A DNA stretch of 64,000 nt from Oligoflexia bacterium (GCA_031292385.1 JARLHE010000028.1:76693-140692), one strand, 5' to 3'. Counted from the first letter of the stretch, positions 30,483 to 42,055 are shown. Notes: generated by a model from the letters alone, not told the origin. Numbers and translations are program-made.

Positions 30483-31508
30483 TTAAAATTGATTTAAAAA
30501 CCGGGAGTCGCCGCTGAACATCAGCCGCAGATCGGGCACGCCGTGCAGGATCATCGCGATTCGCTCGATCCCGATCCCGAAGGCAAAGCCGGTCAGATCA
30601 TCGCCTGAATACCCCGCCAGCTCGAGCAACCTCGGATGCACCATGCCCGCGCCCAAAATCTCAAGCCAACCGGAGCCGCGGCAAACCTTGCAGGTCGAAA
30701 CGGGTTTCGTGCCGCACTGAAAACAGCTCACGTCGACTTCCGCGCCGGGCTCAACAAACGGAAAATAACTCGGGCGCAAGCGCACTTTGACTTCCGGACC
30801 GAAGGTCTCGCGCGCGAAAAACGCCAAAACGCCCTTCAGGTCGCTCATCTTGATTCCGCGATCGACCCAAAGCCCTTCGACCTGATGGAACATCGGCGAA
30901 TGAGTGGCGTCATGATCGCTTCGATAAACCGCGCCCGGGCAAACGATGCGAACCGGCCACTGCCGCGAGCGCATCGTACGCATCTGCACCGAAGAGGTGT
31001 GCGTCCTCAGCACCACGCCGGGCCCCATGAAAAACGTATCCTGCATGTCGCGCGCAGGATGGTCTTTGGGAATATTCACCGCTTCGAAATTGAGAAACTC
31101 CGTCTCCACCTCGGGCCCGGTCGTGACATCAAAGCCCAGGCGCTGAAACGTCTGCAAAAGACGGCGCGTCGTACGCGTGATAATGTGATGGGTCCCGCGA
31201 TGGGAAAGCCTCGATGGAATCGACGTATCGATTCGCTGGGACTTAAGCTGCGCCTCGAGAGCCACCGTTTCAAGCTGCGCTTTGCGCGCCTCAAGCGTCT
31301 CTTCGATTCGCCTTTTCCATTCATTGGCCGCGGCGCCGATTTTGGGCCGTTCGTCTGCGGACACCGCCCCAAGGCCTTTTAAGACTTCGCTCAGCGCGCC
31401 TTTTTTACCCAGAAGAGAGACACGAAGCTGTTCCAGCAGCTCCAGACTGCTCGCTGACTTCAAATCCTCGAGCGCTTGTTTGCCAATAACATCAAGTTTT
31501 TCGATCAT
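30483..31508 (-). CDS. pheS: Phenylalanine--tRNA ligase alpha subunit
   Basis: HPARDMQDTF, LRTHTS, THSPMFHQVEG, GFAFGIGIERI. Confidence 0.98.
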   Translation of the reverse strand: MIEKLDVIGKQALEDLKSASSLELLEQLRVSLLGKKGALSEVLKGLGAVSADERPKIGAAANEWKRRIEETLEARKAQLETVALEAQLKSQRIDTSIPSRLSHRGTHHIITRTTRRLLQTFQRLGFDVTTGPEVETEFLNFEAVNIPKDHPARDMQDTFFMGPGVVLRTHTSSVQMRTMRSRQWPVRIVCPGAVYRSDHDATHSPMFHQVEGLWVDRGIKMSDLKGVLAFFARETFGPEVKVRLRPSYFPFVEPGAEVDVSCFQCGTKPVSTCKVCRGSGWLEILGAGMVHPRLLELAGYSGDDLTGFAFGIGIERIAMILHGVPDLRLMFSGDSRFLNQF

Positions 31509-31674
31509 TTACCGCCCAAAAATACATGGGGCGGGTTGCGAAAGAAAGAGATTTCATGGGGTTATGAGCGATCTCTTCAATGAACTCCAACTCCGCTCAC
31601 TGAAAGAGTTAATCCATCTAAACAATTACCTGTCCCGGAACAGGTGAGCGGAGAGATTCACGCGCCTATAATGC

Positions 31675-31705
31675 AAAACGCCCAGAGGATCTCTCCCCTG
31701 GGCGT
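31675..31705 (-). terminator. Intrinsic terminator after rplT
   Basis: ACGCCCAG/CTGGGCGT stem followed by TTTT on the minus strand. Confidence 0.7.
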
Positions 31706-31732
31706 CTGGTACTTCAGTCTTGAATCAAACGA

Positions 31733-32095
31733 TTAAGCTGCCGGAGAGAGCGAACGAACCTGCTCCACGATCGCCGTGAAAGCATGAGGGTCGTTGATCG
31801 CGATATCCGAAAGGACTTTGCGATCCAGATTGACCTGCGCCTTTTTCAAGGCCGAGATCAAACGGCTGTAGCTGATATCGTTGTTATTGGCCGCCGCCGA
31901 AAGACGGGCGATCCAAAGCGTGCGAAAATCACGCTTCTTCACGCGGCGATCGCGATACGAGTAGATAAACGCGCGATCGACTGCCTCAGCAGTGCGTTTG
32001 AATTTGTTTTTACGACCAAGGACAAAACCCTTGGCATGTTCAAGAACTTTATTATGACGACGGCGGCGTTTAAAACCACGTTTTGCGCGAGGCAT
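31733..32095 (-). CDS. rplT: 50S ribosomal protein L20
   Basis: MPRAKRG, YRDRRVKKRDFRTLWIAR, LDRKVLSDIA. Confidence 0.98.
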   Translation of the reverse strand: MPRAKRGFKRRRRHNKVLEHAKGFVLGRKNKFKRTAEAVDRAFIYSYRDRRVKKRDFRTLWIARLSAAANNNDISYSRLISALKKAQVNLDRKVLSDIAINDPHAFTAIVEQVRSLSPAA

Positions 32096-32127
32096 GAATT
32101 ACTCCTTAAAAAATCACGAAATAACGA

Positions 32128-32328
32128 TTAACGGGAGCCGTAAGGCAGGCACTTTTCGATGTGCTTGATATCGCCTTCGAACAAAATACCGCCCGAACGA
32201 AGCTTCAGCTTGGCTGCCGAGTTCTTATGTCCGAGGTTGTGGCGCTTGCCGGCTCGCTTGAACTTTACTTTGCCAGTCGCGGTGAACGAAAAACGCTTCG
32301 CGGCGGCTTTTTTTGTCTTCAGTTTCAT
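32128..32328 (-). CDS. rpmI: 50S ribosomal protein L35
   Basis: KLKTKKAAAKRFSFTATGK; between infC and rplT. Confidence 0.97.
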   Translation of the reverse strand: MKLKTKKAAAKRFSFTATGKVKFKRAGKRHNLGHKNSAAKLKLRSGGILFEGDIKHIEKCLPYGSR

Positions 32329-32410
32329 TACAGTACCAATACCTTACCGATGTTCTATTTTAACAATTGGAAACGCAACGTACTCTAGGCACATCAAATG
32401 CGTCAAGCCC

Positions 32411-33091
32411 TTATTCGCCGGTTGGGTTCTTAATAATCACCGAAACCGATGGGGCGGCGGGCTTCTTCCCCCCTGCCGGCGCTGGAGCCAGAATCATGAT
32501 CAATTTCTTCCCTTCGAGCTTGGGGCTCGCCTCGATCACGGCGATGTCCTTCATCTGCTCGGAGAGCTGCTTCATGATCTTAAAGCCCTGGTCCACATAG
32601 GTGATTTCGCGGCCACGGAACATGATCGTGATCTTCGCCTTATCGCCATCCTCAATGAACTTGCGGATATTGCGGAACTTATACTCGACGTCATGCTCGT
32701 CAGTCTGTGGACGAAGCTGAACTTCCTTCACCTTGATGACGGTTTGCTTCTTTTTGGCTTCGTGCTCTTTCTTCTTCTTTTCGTATTTAAATTTGCCGTA
32801 ATCGCAGATTTTGCAGACCGGAGGCTGGGCGTTAGGCGAAACCTCCATGAGGTCCAAACCACGCTCGCGCGCCATAGCTAAGGCTTCGTGAGTTGGCACT
32901 ACGCCGACTTGATTGCCTTTTTCGTCAATCAAGCGGACTTGAGGGACTCGAATCCTCTCGTTGATTCGGTGCTCGTCTTTATTGTGCTGCGGGATCGGTC
33001 CACGCGGTAGCCTTGGACGGGGATAAGATGGAGGGCCGGATGGGTTAGAGGGACTCGAAGGACTCGAAGGACTGGACGGTTGAAATGCCAT
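32411..33091 (-). CDS. infC: Translation initiation factor IF-3 with Pro/Ser-rich N-terminal extension
   Basis: INERIRVPQVRLI, PPVCKICDYGKFKY, GDKAKITIMFRGRE. Confidence 0.97.
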   Translation of the reverse strand: MAFQPSSPSSPSSPSNPSGPPSYPRPRLPRGPIPQHNKDEHRINERIRVPQVRLIDEKGNQVGVVPTHEALAMARERGLDLMEVSPNAQPPVCKICDYGKFKYEKKKKEHEAKKKQTVIKVKEVQLRPQTDEHDVEYKFRNIRKFIEDGDKAKITIMFRGREITYVDQGFKIMKQLSEQMKDIAVIEASPKLEGKKLIMILAPAPAGGKKPAAPSVSVIIKNPTGE

Positions 33092-33173
33092 TCTTTGATT
33101 TATTTAATTTATTTGTGGGTACTGCCGGCACGCATCGCACCGACAATCTTTAAAAAACCTCCTGATTGCACCA

Positions 33174-33202
33174 CAACTACAAGAGGTTCCGAAAGGTGTC
33201 AA
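33174..33202 (-). promoter_or_regulatory. Putative sigma70-type promoter of infC
   Basis: TTGACA-N17-TAGTTG on the minus strand; perfect -35, imperfect -10. Confidence 0.45.
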
Positions 33203-33228
33203 GGCGATGGGTGCCGTCATGAGGCCGT

Positions 33229-33627
33229 TTAAATGACGTTTGCTTTCTTTTTACGCTTGGCGGCCGGAGCCTTTGAGCTTGCCTTTGCTTTCGGCCTCGA
33301 CTTAGACCGAGCCGCTTTGGCTTGGGTGCCCGCCATCACGTTTCCGAGAATCTTTTCAAGCTCCTTGCTCTGAGCCTGAAGCAGAGAGCGATACTTTTTC
33401 ACTTCGCCCGGAATCCGCTTTTGAATTCGGGCAAGCTCCTTCTTTTGGCGCTCCAAGAAGGCTTCAACCTTAGCGCTATCGGAGGTGAACAGTTTTCGAA
33501 GACCGTTGCCCTGTTTCTCGGCGTACTTTCTCGCCTCTTCAAGCCAATCCTGGTCCTTCATCACCTTTTGGATTTTGACCTGAACCTGCTTGACTCGGCC
33601 AACAATTTTGTTCAGTTCAGAGCTCAT
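33229..33627 (-). CDS. Hypothetical helical protein with Lys/Ala-rich tail (phasin/histone-like)
   Basis: AAGGAG SD; amphipathic helices; tail AKAARSKSRPKAKASSKAPAAKRKKK. Confidence 0.7.
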   Translation of the reverse strand: MSSELNKIVGRVKQVQVKIQKVMKDQDWLEEARKYAEKQGNGLRKLFTSDSAKVEAFLERQKKELARIQKRIPGEVKKYRSLLQAQSKELEKILGNVMAGTQAKAARSKSRPKAKASSKAPAAKRKKKANVI

Positions 33628-33674
33628 TTTCTAGTCTCCTTAGAATATTTTCTAACTTATATCATAGATTAGAA

Positions 33675-35366
33675 CTAAAACGCGATCCAGTTCTTTGCGA
33701 TCGGAATCCGCCGTCCAATACCGAAAGCTTTCGGGCTCACCTTCAATACCGGCGGCGCCTGACGCCTCTTATATTCGCTGACGTCGATCATCCGAAGAAT
33801 CGGCGGAATCCAGCTCTTTTCCTGACCTGGATCATGAGTGGATCTCAGCTGCTCCAATGACAGCCCCTTTTCGAGGTAATCCGTCAGCAAGGCATCGAGC
33901 TGCGGATAAGGAGGCAAAGTGTCTTGATCCACCTGTCCCGGCCTGAGCTCCGCCGATGGTGGCTTGGTAATCGACCGTTCCGGTATCGCGGCCGTGCCTT
34001 GACTGGTCGCATTTAGATGCCGCGCAAGCTCATAAACCCGTGTTTTGAAGACATCGCCGATCGGAGCCAGCGCCCCGCACATATCGCCGTATAAAGTGCA
34101 GTAGCCGGTGGCCAGCTCCGACTTATTGCCCGTGGTCAGTACCAAAGCCGAATAATGATTCGATAAGGTCATGAGCAAGGTGCCGCGAAGCCGGGCCTGA
34201 AGGTTTTCAAGCGCCAACGGAGCTAATCCGCCGCGCGACTCGCCGAGCTCCCGCGAAAACTGCGAAAAAAGAAACTTGATGGGGCGAACTTCGAAGTTGA
34301 TTCCCAGGTTCCGGGCGAGAATCTCGGCATCTTCCAAGCTATGACCCGACGAATACTGACTCGGCATCGCGACGCCCAAGACGTTTCGAGGCCCTAAAGC
34401 ACGCGCGGCCAAGGTGGCGACCACGGCCGAATCGATGCCGCCGCTCAAACCCAAAATCGCGGTTTTAAAACCCGAGCGCGTGAAATAATCGTGAATCCCC
34501 GTCACTAAAGCCCGGCTGAGCACCTCGATTTCACTCGGGGGCGTATCTTCGCGCTCAGAGGCGGCCGGCGAAACCCAGCTCCCCTTCCCGGCCGCCAGAT
34601 CGATATCGACCCAGCCGAAGGCCTTCCGGAACAAAGGCAATCTTCCCACCAGCTTTCCCTGGGCATCACAAGCGAAAGATCCCCCGTCGAAGAGGACTTC
34701 ATCATTGGCCCCGACCTGGTTCACGTAGAGAAGAGGCGCCTTCAAAGTCCGAGCGACATTTGCGTGGAGCTCTTCGCGCCGAATCCGCTTTTCCCAAACA
34801 TACGGGCTTGCCGAGATGGAAATCACCAAATCGACGCCGATCGCCTCATACGCGGTGACGGGGTCACGGGAGTACAACTCGCGGCCCAAAGCCGGGTCAC
34901 GGGCCCAAAAATCCTCGCAAATGGCCAAGGCTACTTTGTGGCCATCACAAATCCAGGGCTCGCTCTTTTCGGCCGGCTGAAAATAGCGGGCCTCATCGAA
35001 AACGTCATAGGTGGGCAACAGGGTTTTGGCCTGCCGAAAAACCTGCTTTCCGTCTTCGAACACGGAAACCACGTTCTGAGCGGCGTGGCCCTTGTTCGAC
35101 GGGGTCCGCACGACATGGCCGACGACCAACGCGCACTTCTGTCCGCGAGTGAGGGCCCGCAGTTCTTCCGTCGCGAGCTCGTTCCGATCGAACATCTCGG
35201 GACGCTCCACCAAATCATGTGGAGGATAGCCGCAGATTCCAAGCTCGGGGGTCAAAAGAACACGGGCCCCTTCAGAGCAGGCCCGTGTATATGCTTCTTT
35301 GATTTTTCCGACATTGGCCGCGAAAGCGCCAACGACTGGATCGATTTGCGCGAAGGCGATCCGCAC
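33675..35366 (-). CDS. nadE: Glutamine-dependent NAD+ synthetase
   Basis: Nitrilase domain (PELGICGYPP, K..LPTYDVFDEARYF, ICED) plus synthetase motifs GLSGGIDS, ENLQAR, TGNKSE. Confidence 0.96.
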   Translation of the reverse strand: MRIAFAQIDPVVGAFAANVGKIKEAYTRACSEGARVLLTPELGICGYPPHDLVERPEMFDRNELATEELRALTRGQKCALVVGHVVRTPSNKGHAAQNVVSVFEDGKQVFRQAKTLLPTYDVFDEARYFQPAEKSEPWICDGHKVALAICEDFWARDPALGRELYSRDPVTAYEAIGVDLVISISASPYVWEKRIRREELHANVARTLKAPLLYVNQVGANDEVLFDGGSFACDAQGKLVGRLPLFRKAFGWVDIDLAAGKGSWVSPAASEREDTPPSEIEVLSRALVTGIHDYFTRSGFKTAILGLSGGIDSAVVATLAARALGPRNVLGVAMPSQYSSGHSLEDAEILARNLGINFEVRPIKFLFSQFSRELGESRGGLAPLALENLQARLRGTLLMTLSNHYSALVLTTGNKSELATGYCTLYGDMCGALAPIGDVFKTRVYELARHLNATSQGTAAIPERSITKPPSAELRPGQVDQDTLPPYPQLDALLTDYLEKGLSLEQLRSTHDPGQEKSWIPPILRMIDVSEYKRRQAPPVLKVSPKAFGIGRRIPIAKNWIAF

Positions 35367-35382
35367 GGAATTTCCTCAGCGC

Positions 35383-35811
35383 TTAGAAACGCTTCTGGAC
35401 TTCCTGCTTATCGAAGAAATAAGCGATTTCGCGCTCGGCGGACTTGGCGCTGTCCGAACCGTGCACGGCGTTCGCTTCGATGCTATCGGCGAAATCCTTG
35501 CGGATCGTGCCCGGAGCCGCCTTGGCGGGATCGGTTGCGCCCATGATTTCGCGATTCAGAAGAACCGCGTTTTCGCCTTCAAGAACCATCAACAGAACCG
35601 GGCCGCCGGTCATGAAATGAACCAGGCTCTGGAAAAAAGGACGGTCTTTATGCTCGATGTAAAACCCTTCCGCCTTTTCACGTGAGAGGCGGGTGAATTT
35701 CGTCGCCGCCACGCGCAGGCCGCGCTTCTCAAACCGGGTAATGATTTCACCCACGACGTTTTTTTCAACGGCGTTCGGCTTAATGATGGAAAAAGTGCGT
35801 TCGATAGCCAT
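35383..35811 (-). CDS. ndk: Nucleoside diphosphate kinase
   Basis: [24 protein letters not shown]. Confidence 0.98.
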   Translation of the reverse strand: MAIERTFSIIKPNAVEKNVVGEIITRFEKRGLRVAATKFTRLSREKAEGFYIEHKDRPFFQSLVHFMTGGPVLLMVLEGENAVLLNREIMGATDPAKAAPGTIRKDFADSIEANAVHGSDSAKSAEREIAYFFDKQEVQKRF

Positions 35812-35908
35812 TTAATAATCTCCCTATGAGGAATAGATGCAGGAAATCCAAGTAGCTCAATTCGGTTTAAAAGGCGAGGCCCGAAATGAGCTGCTCCCCT
35901 GAAGTTCT

Positions 35909-36781
35909 TTACCTTTTAATGGCGGCTGCCAAGGTGGTGCCCAAATCCGCCGGACTTCTCGCGATTTTGACCCCTGCGGAAGCCAAAGCCTCGAACTTCT
36001 CCTCGGCCGTACCCTTGCCGCCCGAAATGATAGCGCCCGCATGCCCCATGCGCTTGCCCGGAGGGGCCGAAGCGCCGCCGATGAAGCCCGCGACCGGCTT
36101 CTTGAACTCCCGCTTGATATAAGCGGCCGCTTCCTCTTCGGCCGAGCCGCCGATTTCGCCGATCATGATCACGCCCTGGGTGTTCGGATCGGCGTTGAAG
36201 GCCTCGAGAACATCGATGAAATTGGTGCCGTTGATCGGGTCGCCGCCGATGCCGACGCAAGTGCTCTGACCGATCCCGAGCTGGGTGAGCTGAAAAACAG
36301 CCTCATAGGTCAAGGTTCCCGAACGGGAAACCACGCCGATGTTTCCGACCTTGTGGATCTGGCCGGGCATGATCCCGATTTTACACTGTCCTGGCGTAAT
36401 TATGCCGGGACAGTTCGGGCCGATCAGGCGGGATTTCGTGCTCTTCAAATAGCGTTTGGTGGCCAGCATGTCGCGCACAGGGATGCCTTCGGTGATACAA
36501 ACGATCAGGGGAATGCCCGCGTCGGCCGCTTCGCAGATCGCGTCCGCGGCGCCCGCCGGCGGAACGAAAATCATCGTCGCATTGGCGCCCGTCTTCGTCA
36601 CGGCTTCCTCGACCGTATCGTAGACCGGAAAACCTTCATGCGTCTGCCCGCCGCGGCCCGGGGTCACCCCGCCGACCACCTGCGTGCCGTAATCGCGGCA
36701 CCCTTTGGCGTGAAAGCTGCCTTGGGATCCCGTGATGCCTTGAACCAGAAGCTTCGTGTTTTTATCAACCCATATGGACAT
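35909..36781 (-). CDS. sucD: Succinate--CoA ligase alpha subunit
   Basis: [26 protein letters not shown]. Confidence 0.98.
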   Translation of the reverse strand: MSIWVDKNTKLLVQGITGSQGSFHAKGCRDYGTQVVGGVTPGRGGQTHEGFPVYDTVEEAVTKTGANATMIFVPPAGAADAICEAADAGIPLIVCITEGIPVRDMLATKRYLKSTKSRLIGPNCPGIITPGQCKIGIMPGQIHKVGNIGVVSRSGTLTYEAVFQLTQLGIGQSTCVGIGGDPINGTNFIDVLEAFNADPNTQGVIMIGEIGGSAEEEAAAYIKREFKKPVAGFIGGASAPPGKRMGHAGAIISGGKGTAEEKFEALASAGVKIARSPADLGTTLAAAIKR

Positions 36782-36808
36782 AGTTTTGATCCGCCTTGTT
36801 GTTCCGGC

Positions 36809-37999
36809 TTATTTTCCGGCTGCTGCCGCGACCGCTTTTTTCGCCGCGTCGGTGAGACCTTCGGCCGAAGTGATCTTCAGCCCCGATTCCGCCAAAATTT
36901 TCTTGCCCTGCTCGACGTTCGTGCCCTCGAGGCGAACGACCAGCGGGACTTTCATCTGAAGCTCACGAGCCGCGGCCACCACGCCTTCCGCGATGATGTC
37001 GCATTTCATGATCCCGCCGAAGATGTTGACGAGGATCGCCTTCACCTTCGGGTCCTTCAAAATGATCTTGAACGCGTTTTCGACCTTCTCTTTCGAAGCG
37101 CCGCCGCCGACGTCCAGGAAATTGGCCGGGCTGCCACCGTGAAGCTTGATGATATCCATTGTGGACATGGCGAGGCCCGCGCCGTTCACCAGGCAACCGA
37201 TATTGCCGTCGAGCGCGATGTAAGCGAGCTCGTACTTCGAGGCCTCGACGTCCTGCGCGTTCTCTTCTTGAAGATCACGCATCGCCACCACGTCGGGATG
37301 GCGGAAAAGCGCGTTATCGTCGAAGTTGATCTTCGCGTCGAGCGCCGCCAGGTTCCCGTTGGTCGTGAGGATCAGCGGATTGATCTCGACTTGCGAGCAG
37401 TCGAGCTCCATGAACGCGCGATAAATGCCGCCGAAAAACGGAACCGCTTCCTTCGTCTGCTCCGCCGTGAGGCCAAGTGATTTGGCGAGCTTCCGTCCGT
37501 GAAACGGCAAATAACCGGTCGTGGGGTCGATCGCCACGCGGAAAATCTTTTCCGGATGCTTGGCGGCGACTTCCTCGATTTCCATACCGCCTTCGGTCGA
37601 CGCCATCATCACGACTTGCGAGACCGCGCGATCGGTGACCACGCCCAAATAAAGCTCGCGGGCGATGCTGGAGCCTTCCTCGATCCAGACCTTGTGAACC
37701 ACTTTTCCCTGCGCGCCGGTTTGCGGCGTCACCAAGGTTTTACCGATAATCTCTTGAGCCGCCGCTTTCACCGCCGGCAGATCTTTGCAAACCTTCACCC
37801 CTCCGGCCTTGCCGCGTCCGCCCGCGTGGATCTGCGCTTTCACCACCCAGACCGAATTGCCGCGTTCGCGGGCCAGGTCCTGAGCCGCCTTTTCCGCGCG
37901 CTCGCCGACCGAACTTCCCTCTTCGACCAAGCGTCCCTCGGGAACGCGCACGCCGAATTTCTTCAAAAGCTGTTTTGCCTGATACTCGTGAATGTTCAT
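36809..37999 (-). CDS. sucC: Succinate--CoA ligase beta subunit
   Basis: [40 protein letters not shown]. Confidence 0.98.
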   Translation of the reverse strand: MNIHEYQAKQLLKKFGVRVPEGRLVEEGSSVGERAEKAAQDLARERGNSVWVVKAQIHAGGRGKAGGVKVCKDLPAVKAAAQEIIGKTLVTPQTGAQGKVVHKVWIEEGSSIARELYLGVVTDRAVSQVVMMASTEGGMEIEEVAAKHPEKIFRVAIDPTTGYLPFHGRKLAKSLGLTAEQTKEAVPFFGGIYRAFMELDCSQVEINPLILTTNGNLAALDAKINFDDNALFRHPDVVAMRDLQEENAQDVEASKYELAYIALDGNIGCLVNGAGLAMSTMDIIKLHGGSPANFLDVGGGASKEKVENAFKIILKDPKVKAILVNIFGGIMKCDIIAEGVVAAARELQMKVPLVVRLEGTNVEQGKKILAESGLKITSAEGLTDAAKKAVAAAAGK

Positions 38000-38176
38000 T
38001 TTGATGGGCCTCTTCCTCTGGATTCTCGATCAAACTCAGGATTAGTTCAGCAGAAATCGTGTCAATAGCGACACATCTTTCGCTCTTGGACGAGCGTCAA
38101 AGGAATGATCACTCTGACACAGGTCGACAGGGAGTCGTCAACGCGTAACGTCGTGATTTTCCTCGAGTGAGCCGCT

Positions 38177-38192
38177 TGGCCGGTTTTTTGCT
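38177..38192 (+). promoter_or_regulatory. Putative sigma54 promoter with upstream IHF-like site
   Basis: TGGCCGGTTTTTTGCT = GG-N10-GC, 19 nt before ATG 38212; reverse AATCACGACGTTA near 38146-38158 resembles WATCARNNNNTTR. Confidence 0.6.
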
Positions 38193-38211
38193 CTACTCTC
38201 TCTCAAATACT

Positions 38212-39024
38212 ATGTTTACCTGGAATTGTTTAACACAATATCGAAGGCTGACGGCCCAGATTTCCTCCTGGACCCTGATCACCGCGCTAGGCGTGGCTCT
38301 GGGCGGAGTGATGCTGAGCCTTCCCGCATCGGCGGAGATCAGCGATACTTCCGAGAACAGTATTCAAGAACTGAATGGCCGCGAAAAGCGGCTCTCCGAA
38401 GACTACGATCGGCTTTGTGACGATTTGCGCGGAACTTTGGCGAAAAACTTCCGCGACACGGTCTTCCGGCCTTTGGCCCGAAAGATAAAAACCTCAACCC
38501 CGAGTGCGACCCAACTGCAGGAAACCATTCAATGGAGAGGACATGATTATAAAATCGCCCTCTCTCAAACGCCCGGAAGCGATTCGATCGCGATGACGAC
38601 CTCTGCGGTTACCCAAAAAGCGCGGCAACTTGGAAAGCAAGAACCGGCGCAGGAAGAAAAATCCACGCAGCTTCGCGACATGATTGAAGAGCAGCTCAGC
38701 GAACGCTGCCAGCTCCATAACGACGCTCCCGACAGCATCTACGCGATGACCGAGGAGCCGAACACCAATACCGAGGTCCTCGACGAAATCCGGCTTGCGA
38801 AAGACCTCATGGGTCTTCAAAACACCGCAGCCGACACGCTTCACACGGCCAACGCCGGAAACCGCATGATCTCCAACAAGAGACATAAGGACATCGTCAT
38901 AGAACGGCCGACGGAAGACAGCACTCCGGCCGCTTCGGCCGCTCCGGTTGAAAGCGAGAGCAGCAACTCAGGCAACAGCTCAGGCGCCGCCGCTCCCACC
39001 ACCACCGGAAACAGTTTGCAATAG
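38212..39024 (+). CDS. Secreted hypothetical protein
   Basis: Signal peptide ending ASA|E; helical body; Ser/Ala/Thr-rich tail; fills the gap between sucC and mdh on the opposite strand. Confidence 0.7.
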   Translation: MFTWNCLTQYRRLTAQISSWTLITALGVALGGVMLSLPASAEISDTSENSIQELNGREKRLSEDYDRLCDDLRGTLAKNFRDTVFRPLARKIKTSTPSATQLQETIQWRGHDYKIALSQTPGSDSIAMTTSAVTQKARQLGKQEPAQEEKSTQLRDMIEEQLSERCQLHNDAPDSIYAMTEEPNTNTEVLDEIRLAKDLMGLQNTAADTLHTANAGNRMISNKRHKDIVIERPTEDSTPAASAAPVESESSNSGNSSGAAAPTTTGNSLQ

Positions 39025-39027
39025 AGC

Positions 39028-39972
39028 TTAGACGCCCAGCTTATCCATCGCGTCGACCAGCTCCTTCACCGAAGCCGCTGATTTGTCGAACATCGCCTTC
39101 TCTTCCGCATTCAGCTCGAGGGTGGGCACGGCTTCCAGGCCCTTGGCGCCCAGCTTAGCGACCACGCCGCAGAAGAGCCCCTTCGTTCCGTACTCGCCGT
39201 TCAGGTAGACGGCGCAAGGAAGATAGCGCTTCTTATCGCGAACAATGGCTTCCGCCATCTGAACCGCGCTGGCCGACGGCGCATAGTAAGCCGAGCCGGT
39301 CTTCAGCAAGTTGACGATCTCGGCGCCGCCCTTGCGGGTGCGATCGACGATCGCGTCGATTTTCTCTTTGCTGAGAAGCTGCGTAAGCGGAATGCCGCCG
39401 ACGCTGACGTAACGGGGCATCGGAACCATCGTATCGCCGTGGCCGCCGAAGACGAAAGCCTGAACGTCCTCGACGCTTACGCCAAGCTCCATCGCGATGA
39501 ACGAACGGAAGCGAGCGCCGTCCAGAACGCCGGCCATGCCGAGCACCCGTTCGCGAGGAAAGCCCGAAGCCTTCATCGCCACGTGGCACATGGCATCGAG
39601 CGGATTGCTCACGATGATGAGCACCGCGTTCGGCGAATACTTCGCGGACTGAGCCGCGCAATCCTTCACGATTTTCGCGTTGGTCGAAAGCAAATCGTCA
39701 CGACTCATGCCGGGCTTGCGAGGAAGGCCCGCGGTAATGATCACGACATCCGAACCTTCGGTCAGCGCGTAATCCGAGCCGCCTTCGATACGGGAGTCGA
39801 AACCCTCGACCGGGGAAGCCTCGAACAAGTCGAGGGCCTTGCCCTTGGCCGCGTCGCCGTTGATGTCGATCAAAACCACATCGCCGAGCTCCTTCGACGC
39901 CGCCCAGTGCGCACAGGTTGAGCCGACAAAGCCGGCGCCGATGACGGAAATTTTAGGTCTTCTAGTTGCCAT
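39028..39972 (-). CDS. mdh: Malate dehydrogenase (LDH-like)
   Basis: [35 protein letters not shown]. Confidence 0.97.
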   Translation of the reverse strand: MATRRPKISVIGAGFVGSTCAHWAASKELGDVVLIDINGDAAKGKALDLFEASPVEGFDSRIEGGSDYALTEGSDVVIITAGLPRKPGMSRDDLLSTNAKIVKDCAAQSAKYSPNAVLIIVSNPLDAMCHVAMKASGFPRERVLGMAGVLDGARFRSFIAMELGVSVEDVQAFVFGGHGDTMVPMPRYVSVGGIPLTQLLSKEKIDAIVDRTRKGGAEIVNLLKTGSAYYAPSASAVQMAEAIVRDKKRYLPCAVYLNGEYGTKGLFCGVVAKLGAKGLEAVPTLELNAEEKAMFDKSAASVKELVDAMDKLGV

Positions 39973-39990
39973 GAGAGTCTCTCCTTCGAG

Positions 39991-41313
<1,323 letters not shown>

Positions 41314-41371
41314 GGTGATCTCCTAATTGGCGTGAGATTTGATTTTTAGTCACCCTGGCCGACAAACGCAA

Positions 41372-42055
41372 CTAGCTTCGCCTGGATTCCCCCAAGAATC
41401 TGAAGACGCTCCGCATCGAACCGCCCTGCTCTTCTTGAAACCGCAGCGGCACCGTCACAAGCTCGTCGATATCCTTCGCATCATGACTGACCATCAGCAT
41501 AGGAACGGGCCAAGCAGCATGGGCTTCGCGCAAAATCTGGCGCAACTCGCCACGAATTTCCTCATCCAAGGAAGAGAACGGCTCATCGAGAAGCAAAACC
41601 CTGGGGCGCATCACCCAAGCTCGGGCGAAAGCGACTCGCTGGGCTTCGCCGCCGGAAAGCGTGGCGACTCGGGCGCGAGCGTGCTTCGAGAGACGGACGC
41701 GCTCCAGCCATTCCAATCCGGTTTTTTCGCGCTCGGCCCGCGGAACGCCCGCCATGCGGAGACCGAAAACCACGTTTTCCAAAACATTCATCGTCGGAAA
41801 GAGCGCCTGATCCTGAAAAACGAATCCAATCCGCCTGCGCTCGGCCGGCAAATTCGTGATGTCCTCCTTGCCCAGCCAAATACTCCCCGCGCCCGGAGGC
41901 TCGAGACCCGCGATTATGCGAAGCAAGGTGGTTTTCCCGATCCCGCTTCTTCCGAGGATCGCCGCGCGCTCTCCCGGCCCGACTTCGAAGTCGGCCGTCA
42001 AAACCCAATCGGCGATTGGCTTTCGCAAGCCTCGGACAAATAGAGTTTCAGTCAC
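41372..42055 (-). CDS. thiQ: ABC transporter ATP-binding subunit (thiamine, ThiQ-like)
   Basis: GRSGIGKT, LSGGEAQRV, LLLDEPF; in operon with thiB/thiP. Confidence 0.8.
   Translation of the reverse strand: MTETLFVRGLRKPIADWVLTADFEVGPGERAAILGRSGIGKTTLLRIIAGLEPPGAGSIWLGKEDITNLPAERRRIGFVFQDQALFPTMNVLENVVFGLRMAGVPRAEREKTGLEWLERVRLSKHARARVATLSGGEAQRVAFARAWVMRPRVLLLDEPFSSLDEEIRGELRQILREAHAAWPVPMLMVSHDAKDIDELVTVPLRFQEEQGGSMRSVFRFLGESRRS

Noticed and set aside
31495-31557. pheM-like attenuator peptide (MKSLSFATRPMYFWAVNDRKT)
   Set aside because: Only two scattered Phe codons, no SD and no downstream terminator; it overlaps the pheS start.
35853-35893. Hairpin AGCTCAATTCGG/CCGAAATGAGCT between sucD and ndk
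   Set aside because: A single ordinary stem without a clear U tract or shared motif; most likely an mRNA stability or processing hairpin.
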